From: Eledone cirrhosa | Taxonomy: Eukaryota | Direction: 5' to 3' | Assembly: GCA_964016885.1 (NCBI GenBank) | Contig: OZ024740.1 | Location: 353,152,001 to 353,216,000, forward strand | Length of the DNA stretch: 64,000 nucleotides | In this document: positions 12,826-32,400 of the stretch, in pieces | Numbering within the stretch: the first letter of the stretch is position 1 | Layout: every line of letters begins with the position of its first letter | Position numbers and translations under genes: made by a program | The notes under the pieces: generated by a model | What the model saw: only the letters and a program-made list of their open reading frames with translations | Databases searched by the model: none | What the model was told of the DNA's origin: nothing

Positions 12826-13599
12826 CATACATACATATAAATAATGGGTTGATAGTATCACATTGGTGTGATTGCAATTATTCTGTACAAGAAATTAGAA
12901 GGAATGGGAAATGTTGAATGGAGACTAAAACATTCTCTTATTCATATATATTGGTAACAGTTATTGACATGCAGCCATACTGGTGCAACACTCTAGCATA
13001 GGGCCAAATGCATCGACCATAGGAAGAATTATATTGGCTTCTGGAAGATGAAAATTAAAGTGAATCAGCTTGGGGTTTGAACTCATAGCATTAAGATATG
13101 TACCTAAATATCATGATGTATTTTCGCCTACAATATGGCATTTCTTCTACCGTTGTTTTGTTACAATGTTGGTTTGTTTTCGTTTTATTTTTTATATATC
13201 AATGCTGTGACGGAGTTGGTTTACCACAGCATCTATAGTCATTCTCGGTGTGGTGATAGCTTGGTTCAGGAAAAAAAATAACGAATCTAACATGAAATGC
13301 CAGCTTCATAAACATAACCACAGAAACACAGTCGAAATAACACAATCTGAAAGAATTTTAATTACTATAACTGCCATAATGTTACGAATAAAATATTCAA
13401 AAACTTATATATAATGATAATATTTGCAATTGTTTCGGCTTTTCCCACATACCACTAATCCAAAGGTTAGCTGTTTACATACATGTTATGAGAAAAACAT
13501 ACTGTGTATATATATGTGTGTGTGTGTGTGTGTGCGCATGTGTGTGTATGTGCGTGTGAGTGTGTGTGTATAAACCATACATAGATTATTTTATTATTT

Positions 13600-13885
13600 T
13601 AGTGGGTTCAGTCATAAAACTGCAGCCATGCTGGAGCACCCCCTAACACTTATTGCTTCAAGTGTTGTACTTATTCTATTTGTGTCTTTTTGTTTAAACG
13701 CTAAGTTACAGTGTATAAACAGTGAAATACAGGCCTGGGTGCACACACACACACACACGTATTCACACACACGTACGCACACGTACACACACACACACAT
13801 ACATCCATACACGTCTATCAAAGTTCACCCACAAGGCATTGGTGAAGCAGAGGCTATAATTGAAAACACTTGCCCAAAGTGGTTG
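13600..13885 (-). mobile_element. SINE fragments interrupted by a CA microsatellite
   Basis: CACAAGGCATTGGT...AGAGGCTATAATTGAAAACACTTGCCCAAAGTG is reverse-complementary to the SINE at 61640-61710. An adjacent GCCATGCTGGAGCACC motif is present. Confidence 0.55.
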
Positions 13886-14199
13886 AGAAGTGTACCCCTT
13901 AACCACATAGTCCTATGTGCGTCTACACACAGCCATGAGATAATTATTGTAATATACATTATGTTTTTTGTAAGGAGCTATTGTCGAGGATAGAATTTTA
14001 ACAGATATTTGTAAAAGTGATGGCATACTTTAAAATATTCCATTCAAGTGTATTAACTTATTTTTCTTGTTCTTCATTAGCTTTCTCTGTTGTTCATAAA
14101 TCACATTTTCCTCGGTGTTATTATTTCTTAACCATCATATATATTTAGACAATGATTTTGATTTAAAAGTCTAAAGGAAGCAGTGTGGTGTGCCTAGTC

Positions 14200-14850
14200 T
14201 TCCATCATTTATACCCCTGTAATGGCACTTCTCTGAGCATAATCCAGATTCACAAGGAAGAAAAAAGGAACCAAAGAATCACCTTGTAGGACTCCAGTGT
14301 TCATCTCAAACGAATCAGTTTCTCCTTCGGGAGTAAACACTAGGTGAAGTATCAACAATCGTGCGTTTGATGTCTTCAACGATGATATCTGGAACACCAT
14401 AGGCACTTAAGATCATGAATATAACATTCTTGTCTCTGGAATCAAGTGCCTTACGAGAGTCGATGAGGATGAGCACAGCTTTTCGATGAGGATAATCAAC
14501 CTTCACAGAGTTGAGATTTGCCAAGATGTTGACCTGTCCTGATGGATGCCATTTTGATTTGGTCGAAGAAGTGGAATAAGGACAGGGCGCAAACTATTCA
14601 ATAAAAGACGCTTGTAGATTTTTGGGTGAGAAAGATTCCTCGGTAGTTATCAGACATAGTCAGGTTGCCCTTCTTAGGAATGGGAATAATACCAAATATA
14701 CCCTATTCGGGAGGTCTCTACCACTGCAAAAATTGCGAAGATATTTCCTGGCCTTCGAAAGCCTCCAGAGCTGAATAGGAAGTCCATCAAGGCCAGTTGC
14801 CTTTCCAAGTTTTATCTGTTGAATGGCTCTGTCAACGTCAGCTTATGAAA
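14200..14850 (-). mobile_element. Degraded RTE-type LINE reverse transcriptase fragment
   Basis: Broken frames read IPIPKKGNL, ILIDSRKALDS..ILSAYGVP and TGVLQGDSLVPFFFLVNLDY. Confidence 0.82.
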
Positions 14851-15319
14851 ATAGAGCAAAACTTATTAGTAGCAAACCTACTGTAGTCGATTACATTGAA
14901 GTTTCGAATACACATAAAGCAACTCTCAGATCAAATGTCAACAAACTAACTGCAGTTCAAATAAACCGCCTCCAAACATTCGACAGATGCGGTGATGATA
15001 CTGGACAAAGTAGGAAAAACCTCAAAGTTTGTAACAATGTTTTGGTTGTTGCTGTTGTTGTTGTTGTTGTTATAGCTGTTGTTATTGCGTTTGTCGATTT
15101 GGGGGTATAACTATTGCTACCTTTGTTGCTACGAAAACTGCTGAATCATTCCATGCTTTCCGCATCGCTACTCGCTTCAGCAGCTTATAAAAATGCTAAC
15201 TGATCATTTTCGACAATCAAACGTCGGTCATTTTTGAATTTTAGGGAAAATGGTAAGAAAATCCTACTTTAAACGGACGTTTTTGCCCATTCTATGATAA
15301 TTACAGGAAAGATATTTGA

Positions 15320-15460
15320 GGCGAGTGAGAGATGTCTTCTCTTGTGAAAATGGATATAACTTCCATTATGTAAAATCTCCCCATTTCGCCACATTTCTCC
15401 CCGTTTGCGTGCACTTTTTTTCATGGTATTTCCCGTTTGAGTTTTTAGAGGTTGGAAGGT
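15320..15460. repeat. Dispersed repeat; second copy at ~20390-20505
   Basis: Both share GATGTCTTCTCTT.TGAAAATGGATATA.CTT.CATTATGTAAAATCTCC.CATTT.GCC.CATTTCT. Confidence 0.75.
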
Positions 15461-16337
15461 CTAGTGTCTGTGTATGTGACATGAAAATAACTCGCTTATG
15501 CATGATAGAAAACAAGAAATTTGCCTTTTAATTATAAGCGATTCGCTACACTACATACTCATAGAGTAGAGACTATGGAGTATCGGAGAAAATACTTTAT
15601 TCGAAAATCTGTACGGGTTCGAATTTCATCGAAGGTGCTATATTGGGCTGTTTCAATAATGTCCCTGCTTATTAATAGTTTATATCCCGTATTTGATTGG
15701 TTAAGTTGGGGTTCACCACTTTGTAGATAATATACATTGTTGTATTAAATTAAATAAACTGGAAGACAAAATATGTCGGTGTGAATTCGTATACTTTGCA
15801 TATCAGAAATGCAATTTCATAGATTTGTATACATTGATAGACACTTTACAAAACACACGCACGCACATACATACTTACATGAGTACACAAACATTTAAAA
15901 AGAGAGTGATAGAGGAGATATGAGAGTCCCTTTCACATATTTAAGTATAGTTTATCATTACGTAGGCACGTCCACGTGCACATAGCTATAGGAAATAGGA
16001 AATGAATAAGGATATATCTCTCACCACCTGTTAACGTTCAATAAAGTGAAAACCCATTTTCATTAATCTTTTGTCAGCGTGAATAGAAATTAAATACTAC
16101 AGGTTGGTTTATAGCCAGCATTTCGTTGCAACCAATACTATATCACCTAGCCAATTAAACACAAACAATAATTGTCCTGTTCTGAAGTCCTGGCTTAGTA
16201 TTTCAATGGAAGGCTTAGTATTTCAATGTTCGACATTTGTCAAACATATCTGCGAAGCGCAGCTATATCCTTTACCTACGAACACACGCGCCCACACACA
16301 CATACACATATACATACACATATACATATGCACATTA

Positions 16338-16393
<56 letters not shown>

Positions 16394-17230
16394 TGATGTA
16401 CACATTTATATATACATTTATCTACGGATATACTTATATGTATGAATATAGAGATTGGGAGTTACCAGTTTAGACAAGTATATTTCATTTGTTAGAGAAT
16501 ATCAAATTTAATAACTTCATGAACCAGCTCCAAAAACTTACAAAATTAATACAGTAAAAAAAATAGGAATTTCTGATAAAACCAAAAACTCATAGGAGAT
16601 TGATAAACACACAGACTTCTCTATTTCAATTGTTAACAACAGTTTTAAAAAAGATCACATCATCACATCCCACGGCTTTAACTAATATCAAGTCTCGGCT
16701 AAATACTTGGATACTTCATTAGAAATTGAATACTTTATCGTGAATACGTTATCGTGAAGAAGCACGGCATTGAACACTTCAATGTTAGTATGGAATAGAA
16801 CGATTCAGACTTAATTAGCCTGTACACATTATATGAAGTGAAGAAAAAGTTTGCGTTTATAAAAAGAGGTTTATATCAATATGCCGGATTGTGATTATTA
16901 AGAAATAGGAACCTTCAAACTACAGAGAGATTCCGGAAGGACCACCAACGATTCTCCAAACAATTAGAATGTAATGCCACAGTAGGACAGTGAATAAAGA
17001 ACGTGAGCTTTCTAGACATGACGATAGATTTTTTAGTAGCATATTTAGTTCTTATAAAAAGCTATACACTATAAACAAACAATATTTTGGGGAAGTTTAA
17101 AGTGAGGTATTAAGGCTGCTCCCCACTCGCAAATACCTTTGACAAGACTGGAAACAATGGAAAGGTGTATAAGCAGGTTTCTGCAAAAATAGTTTTGTCT
17201 CCCATCAGGCTCTACAAAAGGGAAACTGTA

Positions 17231-18400
17231 CGAGGGGGCTTCAAAAAGTTCGTGGAAAAAGAACAGTTGGAAAAAACGATTTAAGTTATGATGTTTATTT
17301 TTCAACATATGCTCCATCTAGGTCAATACACTTCTGCAGGCGTTGATAGCAGCCTTTAAGTCCATCTGTGTAAAACTGAGGGCCATGCGATTTAAACCAT
17401 GACAAAGCGCTTTTATTACATCTTCAACTGATGGAAAATGGGTACCTTTCAATGATTTTTTCAGGTTTGGAAACAAAAAGAAGTCGGATGGGGCTAAATC
17501 GGAACTGTAAGGTGGCTGTCAGATGATTTCCCATCGAAATTCGCGTAATACAGTTCGTGTCTGCCGAGCGCAGTGAGCGGGCACATTGTTGTGGTGGAAG
17601 AGGACGCGCCGATGCAATTTCCCCGGGCATTTTTCCATGATTATCTTGGCCAGTTTTCTCAAAAAACCTTCATAATATGCAGCTGTAATTGTTCTCTTGT
17701 TCTCGAGGAGGTCAACCAGCAAAGTCCCCTCTGCATTCCAGAAGACAGTGGTCATGACATTCACTCTTGAACACTCCGATTTTGCCTTGACTGGCACAGC
17801 TCTACCCCTGGGCAGTCACTGCTTCGATTGAGTTTTGTCCTCGAGATCATACTGGTAGAGCAAACTTTTCATCCTCAGTAATAATTCTCTGCAGAAAAGC
17901 TTCAGTGTCTTCATCCCACTTGTTCAAAATTTCCATCGAAAGGTCTGCCATTGTTTGCTGCCGATCTGGGCACAACAGCCTTGGGACCCATCGAGCGAAA
18001 AGCTTGCTCAGCTCCAAACTCTCCACCAAAATTGAATGTGCAGAACCCACGGAGATGTCGAGTGTGTCGGCTACTGATTCAGTGGTTATTCCCTATCCTT
18101 TTCAATTAGGTCGCGAACTGCATCAATGTTTTCCACACAAACTGAAGTGGATGGTCTGCCACTGCGGGAATCATCTTCAACCTCATATCTTCCACTTCTA
18201 AAACGACTTATCCATTTTTAGGTTGTTGATTTATTTGTGATATTGTCCCTATAAACTTGCTCCAGAGTGTCAATGATTTCGCTGCTCTTCCACCCTAGCT
18301 TCACCATGAATTTGATGTTTGTCCTGGCCTCAATTTTGATGAAGGCCATGTTGCTCGAGTGGGTACTGACTTTCGACTGGCAGCACTGCGTTGCAACATG
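17231..18400 (-). mobile_element. Mariner (Tc1/mariner) transposon, frameshifted, one TIR visible
   Basis: Peptides ARTNIKFMVKLG, ARWVPRLL, IITEDEK, VFWNAEG, LFHHNNVPAH and SSDLAPSDFFLFP. TA followed by CGAGGGGGCTTCAAAAAGTTCGTGG forms the end at 17229. I did not find the opposite TIR. Confidence 0.92.
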
Positions 18401-18597
18401 CATTTAAGGTTTCATGTTAGGATATGTTATGACACGTTATTACGAGAACGTACAGGTGCATTGAGATCAAGATCCCTGCATATGAATTTTAGCTATGTAC
18501 TAAGATTGTAGTCAGAAAGAAACTAAAACATGAAAAAGCTGTGAAAAAAGGACTAATTTGAAAAGTAGACTAGTAAAAGTTACAGTGCAAATTACTT

Positions 18598-18789
18598 TGG
18601 CTGGATTGAGACGAACACAAAACAAATAAATATCTGGCCAGAATAATTGTTTCTACTTTAGGCACAAGGCCAGCAATTACCCAGTGCATTACTGGTACTG
18701 CACTGGGTAATTGCTGGCCTTGTGCCTAAAGTAGAAACAATTATTCTGGCCAGATATTTATTTGTTTTGTGTTCGTCTCAATCCAGCCA
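18598..18789. repeat. Perfect inverted repeat with 91-bp arms and a 10-bp spacer
   Basis: 18598-18688 and 18699-18789 are exact reverse complements by eye. The spacer is TTACTGGTAC. Confidence 0.92.
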
Positions 18790-19884
18790 GAATAATGAAG
18801 TCAGGGGAGAAATTTAATCAAAGAAATTTGTTATGTCAAAGAGGAGCAGCTTGCGATTAAATCTGGAATCCAAACACGCTTGTTATTTCCACAATGAGGG
18901 TAAGAAAGGATAACGGAGGCTCGGAAACAAAGAAAAACTGGTACCAAAATATCAATGTGGTGCTCAGTGGTGGAAAGTACAGTTGGAGTTGAAGAAAGTA
19001 CTCGTATTCACAAGCCATATTGTTATAAAGATGTAACACCCAGACCTTATCATATAGTTGAACTATTGGTTTCTCTCACTGGGACATATTTCAGCGCTGG
19101 GATTATTCGCTTACAGAGCGTTTGGACATCATATTATCAGGTATGAATGTTAGAAAAACCACTAACAATCGGTTCCTTTTCTCTTTCAATAATATGGTCC
19201 ACTGGCAATTGAAATTGATCAACGGAGTCCCTTTGAAGAATCTACCTTAAGTAAGTGGACGATTAACTCACCAACGACATTAACACCAGTTATGAGGCTC
19301 AGCCATCGAACGTGAGGCCAGGGATAAATGTTTTTCAGACAGGCATTGATCTGATAAGCTCAGCTATCTCGAGGAATTATATGTCTGAAATCATTACCAA
19401 GAACAGTGGTACCTCCTATGTATGATGCCTCTCGGATTCTGCATTAGCCCATCAAAGGCTTTAATTGCACGTTTGTGACTCATCGCTGCTTTAACCCAAT
19501 GACTAACTTGCATTTTTACATGAAGCTTGACTTGATGGATATCTTGGTGTTGCAGAGGTGTTGTTGTTCATGTGTAAAATCTAGAGGCAGCTTAAACATG
19601 GTGTGCTTCACTGCAAGGGAAATAGTCAGGTAAATAAATATCTTATCTGGCTTGCAATGCGTGTGACTTATGCTTCTTCTAGAACCTGTTTCTTATTTTA
19701 TTACATCTTATTCCATTTTATAATGATGATTGGAAACAATTTATCACCTTCGTAAAATGTGGTTCAAATTGGATTGCGAGGTGAATATCATTGTCACCGA
19801 AGCCACATCAACGACGACAACAACAATAACCAAAAAATCACAATATCTAATTGTTAGTCACTAAAGAAAAAACCTTATACATAA

Positions 19885-19903
19885 ACAAATGCACGCACAC
19901 ACA

Positions 19904-19963
<60 letters not shown>

Positions 19964-19979
19964 AACAAACAACAAAACA

Positions 19980-20011
<32 letters not shown>

Positions 20012-20195
20012 AAAACAAACAAACAAACAACCTAACATGCATACACACACACAAACAAACAAACAAACAACCAAACATGCACATACACACACACAAACAA
20101 ACAAACAACCAAACATACACACACACACACACACAAACAAACAAACAACCAAACATGCACACACACAACGTAAATATATATATATATATATATGC
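19885..20195. repeat. Compound CA/CAAA microsatellite with an emerging ~35-40-bp unit
   Basis: Recurrent (CA)n-(AAAC)3-AACCAAACATGCA blocks. Confidence 0.75.
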
Positions 20196-20744
20196 GCATG
20201 TATGTACACGGATATCCACAGATATACACATATCATTTTGTTATTTAGCTCATCTGTAATTGTTTTTTATAGAAATTTCGATAAATTACATTTTCAAAAA
20301 CATTCATTAAACCCCATTAATACTATTACATTCATAAACCTGTCAACTCTCCCCGTCCGACTGGGAGATCTCCCACCCACTTTGGGGAAGGTGAAAGATG
20401 TCTTCTCTTATGAAAATGGATATAGCTTTCATTATGTAAAATCTCCTCATTTTGCCTCATTTCTTTTTTTTTCCATGGTATTTTGGTCTTTTAGAGTTTG
20501 GCAGGTATTCATTCATCATCATCATCAGATTGCCTACTACTGTATTAGGGTTTACCAAAATTATGCAAAACTTTAAGCACTCACAACAGCAGTCCACCAG
20601 TTCTCTGGTTCAGCATCAGTATTGAAACATGTTCTTGTTTAAACACTGGTAGACAAACTGACTGGATACCATAGTGTATGTATGTATGTATGTATGTATG
20701 TATGTATGTATGTATGTATGTATGTATGTATGTATGTATATGTA

Positions 20745-23121
<2,377 letters not shown>

Positions 23122-23138
23122 TATATGTATGTATGTAC

Positions 23139-23248
<110 letters not shown>

Positions 23249-23619
23249 GTGTGTGTGTGCGTGCGTGCGCGCGCGCATGTGTGCACATATATATACATGT
23301 AACAACACCAACCAGTCAATGGGTGGTTGTCACGTTCTTTCAATCACTCGTTCTGCCTCTCTAATGTGTAGGGCCATGGGTGGATGTTACCTCGTGGTAC
23401 TAGCCTATAGATCGACAGGTTTCAGCACACACTTTACTAGCACATGTTCAAATAACGCGATAGTAGCATCTCATACACATTGCTCAATACAAACAGCTTT
23501 ATCAGGTAGCAAGTTAAGAAATATGCTGCCAGACATAAACCACTCATTGTAACAATAAACAGACGCAACTCGCCTGGGACGCACATGTATCCGGCTTCGA
23601 CTCCCTGTCCTAAAGTATT

Positions 23620-27950
<4,331 letters not shown>

Positions 27951-28109
27951 ATATAACTGCTCTGTAAATCACCTGATGTTATTACATTGAGCTATTTAAC
28001 TTACTGGTAATAAGGTAGTAATATATTACTGCCTATCACTATTTAAGGTTTGTAAAAATATATATAACTACAAAAGGTTTTTGTATTTGCATAACCATAA
28101 ATAGTATAC

Positions 28110-28185
<76 letters not shown>

Positions 28186-28204
28186 TATATACACATTTAC
28201 ACAA

Positions 28205-28420
28205 TTTTTGGATGGCCGTTGACTCTTATGAGTTCTTCCGCCCTTTGTCAGGTTTTGTTTTTGTCCTGCAGGATGTCCAAAATCACCCTCCTCACCAAGT
28301 AAACTTGATGGGGTTGCCGGTTTAGTCGCCGACGACCCGACCATGCGACAGGTTGTACTGGGTTACATGTTACCAGTAGCACTCGAGAGTGGCCTGACAT
28401 GTATTTACCGGGGCATAATT
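28205..28420 (-). mobile_element. Probable LINE/SINE 5' fragment
   Basis: GC-richer block next to a microsatellite (minus strand GGTCGTCGGCGACTAAACCGGCAACCCCATC..GGACATCCTG..CAACGGCCATCC) resembling RTE 5'UTRs. This is recall only. Confidence 0.4.
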
Positions 28421-28739
28421 GAAGAAGATTGAAGAAGAAGCAGACAAAAATAAAATCCTGGTCTGGACAGGTCTGCAACTCTTCTGTGTATTGCGGAGTA
28501 TCAGAGGCGATTTCTGACTACCAGAACATCTAGAGTGACGCCCTACCGACAGGCTGCACTTTTTTCGGGAAGATGATGATGAGCGTCCATAACAGTTCAT
28601 CAGATGAACATTGTGCATACACGTGTGTCATTGTGCACTTTCGTTTTGCACACTTGTAAGGTGTTTTTATATATATGAGTTCATGCATTCACTCATTACC
28701 CCAAAATACAATCACGAATACAAGCAGCCGAAATGGGAT

Positions 28740-29075
28740 TCCTCCGAAGTGTCTTTGGAGTAACGCCACTCGATAAAGTGCGTAACTCGGAGATCAGAGA
28801 GTCACTTCAGGTAGAGCCGCTACTTCTCTGATACTATGGGCATGCGGTTAGAATGTCTCAGGAAAAAACAGATTTTACGGGCAAAACCAACTGGTAGGAG
28901 ACCCAGGGGTAGAGCCCCGAGCAAGATAGTTGTATTACATCCATAAGTTGGCTTTGTCACGCTTTGTGATCCAATCGAATCAGTTGGAGACGGTTGCTTC
29001 TGACAGGACTCGCTGGAGGGAGTGTTTGCGGTCTCTGCCCCCTAGACCCTCTTAGGAATAAGTGGGCGAAGAAGC
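28740..29075 (+). mobile_element. LINE 3' end (RTE-like); second copy at ~62785-63065
   Basis: Degraded YYGHAVRM..ILRAKPTGRRPRGR. Both loci share CAGTTGGAGACGGTTGCTTCTGACAGGAC.CGCTGG..AGGAATAAGTGGGCGAAGAAG. Confidence 0.75.
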
Positions 29076-29173
29076 GTTTATGCATCATAATTGAGTACGC
29101 ATATGTACACACACACGCACACACGCACGCTCACACACACACACACATTCACGCACACTAACACACACACACA

Positions 29174-29245
<72 letters not shown>

Positions 29246-29466
29246 TCTTTAGTAATCTTAACTACATTTTTAATGGGTTTTTTTAAATCGTACATTCTGA
29301 CAAGCTGACCGCTTATAAAACTATGCTTTATCTCTGCTATTGACAGATTCCTGTTTTATTCCTAGTATGGTAAGGTACTCCTATTAGATGAATGTGGGCG
29401 AATGAAGTCAAGGAATAAAAAAAAAATACTTTATTTAAAGCCTTATTCGTATAAGTCGGCTTTAAA

Positions 29467-32400
29467 TGTCTGTCTGTCTTTAACTCTGCCTGTCTTTATC
29501 TCTGTCTGTCTTTATCTCTGCCTGTCTTTATCTCTGCCTGTCTTTATCTCTGTCTGTCTTTATCTCTGCCTGTCTTTAACTCTGCCTGTCTTTATCTCTG
29601 CCTGTCTTTATCTCTGCCTGTCTTTATCTCTGCCTGTCTTTATCTCTGCCTGTCTTTATCTCTTCCTGTCTTTATCTCTGTCTGTCTTTATCTCTGTCTG
29701 TCTTTATCTCTGTCTGTCTTTATCTCTGTCTGTCTTTATCTCTGCCTGTCTTTATCTCTGCCTGTCTTTATCTCTGCCTGTCTTTATCTCTGTCTGTCTT
29801 TATCTCTGTCTGTCTTTATCTCTGCCTGTCTTTATCTCTGTCTGTCTTTATCTCTGTCTGTCTTTATCTCTGTCTATCTTTATCTCTGTCTGTCTTTATC
29901 TCTGCCTGTCTTTATCTCTGTCTGTCTTTATCTCTGTCTGTCTTTATCTCTGCCTGTCTTTATCTCTGTCTGTCTTTATCTCTGTCTGTCTTTATCTCTG
30001 TCTGTCTTTATCTCTGCCTGTCTTTATCTCTGCCTGTCTTTATCTCTGTCTATCTTTATCTCTGTCTGTCTTTATCTCTGTCTGCTTTATCTCTGTCTGT
30101 CTTTATCTCTGCCTGTCTTTATCTCTGTCTGTCTTTATCTCTGTCTGTCTTTATCTCTGCCTGTCTTTATCTCTGTCTGTCTTTATCTCTGTCTGTCTTT
30201 ATCTCTGCCTGTCTTTATCTCTGCCTGTCTTTATCTCTGTCTGTCTTTATCTCTGCCTGTCTTTATCTCTGTCTGTCCTTATCTCTGTCTGTCTTTATCT
30301 CTGTCTGTCTTTATCTCTGTCTGTCTTTATCTCTGCCTGTCTTTATCTCTGTCTGTCTTTATCTCTGCCTGTCTTTATCTCTGTCTGTCTTTATCTCTGT
30401 CTGTCTTTATCTCTGTCTGTCTTTATCTCTGCCTGTCTTTATCTCTGCCTGTCTTTATCTCTGCCTGTCTTTATCTCTTCCTGTCTTTATCTCTGTCTGT
30501 CTTTATCTCTGTCTGTCTTTATCTCTGTCTGTCTTTATCTCTGTCTGTCTTTATCTCTGCTTGTCTTTATCTCTGCCTGTCTTTATCTCTGCCTGTCTTT
30601 ATCTCTGTCTGTCTTTATCTCTGTCTGTCTTTATCTCTGCCTGTCTTTATCTCTGTCTGTCTTTATCTCTGTCTGTCTTTATCTCTGTCTATCTTTATCT
30701 CTGTCTGTCTTTATCTCTGCCTGTCTTTATCTCTGTCTGTCTTTATCTCTGTCTGTCTTTATCTCTGCCTGTCTTTATCTCTGTCTGTCTTTATCTCTGT
30801 CTGTCTTTATCTCTGTCTGTCTTTATCTCTGCCTGTCTTTATCTCTGCCTGTCTTTATCTCTGTCTATCTTTATCTCTGTCTGTCTTTATCTCTGTCTGC
30901 TTTATCTCTGTCTGTCTTTATCTCTGCCTGTCTTTATCTCTGTCTGTCTTTATCTCTGTCTGTCTTTATCTCTGCCTGTCTTTATCTCTGTCTGTCATTA
31001 TCTCTGTCTGTCTTTATCTCTGCCTGTCTTTATCTCTGCCTGTCTTTATCTCTGCCTGTCTTTATCTCTGCCTGTCTTTATCTCTGTCTATCTTTATCTT
31101 TGTCTGTCTTTATCTCTGTCTGCTTTATCTCTGTCTGTCTTTATCTCTGCCTGTCTTTATATCTGTCTGTCTTTATCTCTGTCTGTCTTTATCTCTGCCT
31201 GTCTTTATCTCTGTCTGTCTTTATCTCTGTCTGTCTTTATCTCTGCCTGTCTTTATCTCTGCCTGTCTTTATCTCTGTCTGTCCTTATCTCTGTCTGTCT
31301 TTATCTCTGTCTGTCTTTATCTCTGTCTGTCTTTATCGCTGCCTGTCTTTATCTCTGTCTGTCTTTATCTCTGCCTGTCTTTATCTCTGTCTGTCTTTAT
31401 CTCTGTCTGTCTTTATCTCTGCCTGTCTTTATCTCTGCCTGTCTTTATCTCTGTCTGTCTTTATCTCTGTCTGTCTTTATCTCTGCCTGTCTTTATCTCT
31501 GTCTGTCTTTATCTCTGTCGGTCTTTATCTCTGCCTGTCTTTATCTCTGCCTGTCTTTATCTCTGTCTGTCTTTATCTCTGCCTGTCTTTATCTCTGTCT
31601 GTCTTTATCTCTGCCTGTCTTTATCTCTGTCTGTCTTTATCTCTGCCTGTCTTTATCTCTGTCTGTCTTTATCTCTGCCTGTCTTTATCTCTGTCTGTCT
31701 TTATCTCTGTCTGTCTTTATCTCTGCTTGTCTTTATCTCTGTCTGTCTTTATCTCTGCCTGTCTTTATCTCTGTCTGTCTTTATCTCTGTCTGTCTTTAT
31801 CTCTGTCTGTCTTTATCTCTGCCTGTCTTTATCTCTGCCTGTCTTTATCTCTACCTCTCTTTATCTCTGCCTCTCTTTATCTCTGTCTGTCTTTATCTCT
31901 GTCTGTCTTTATCTCTGTCTGTCTTCATCTCTGTCTGTCTTTATCTCTGCCTGTCTTTATCTCTGCCTGTCTTTATCTCTGCCTGTCTTTATCTCTGTCT
32001 GTCTTTATCTCTGTCTGTCTTTATCTCTGCCTGTCTTTATCTCTGTCTGTCTTTATCTCTGCCTGTCTTTATCTCTGTCTGTCTTTATCTCTGCCTGTCT
32101 TTATCTCTGTCTGTCTTTATCTCTGTCTGTCTTTATCTCTGCCTGTCTTTATCTCTGCTTGTCTTTATCTCTGTCTGTCTTTATCTCTGCCTGTCTTTAT
32201 CTCTGTCTGTCTTTATCTCTGTCTGTCTTTATCTCTGTCTGTCTTTATCTCTGTCTGTCTTTATCTCTGCCTGTCTTTATCTCTGTCTGTCTTTATCTGT
32301 GTCTGTCTTTATCTCTGTCTGTCTTTATCTCTGCCTGTCTTTATCTCTGCCTGTCTTTATCTCTGCCTGTCTTTATCTCTGCTTGTCTTTATCTCTGTCT

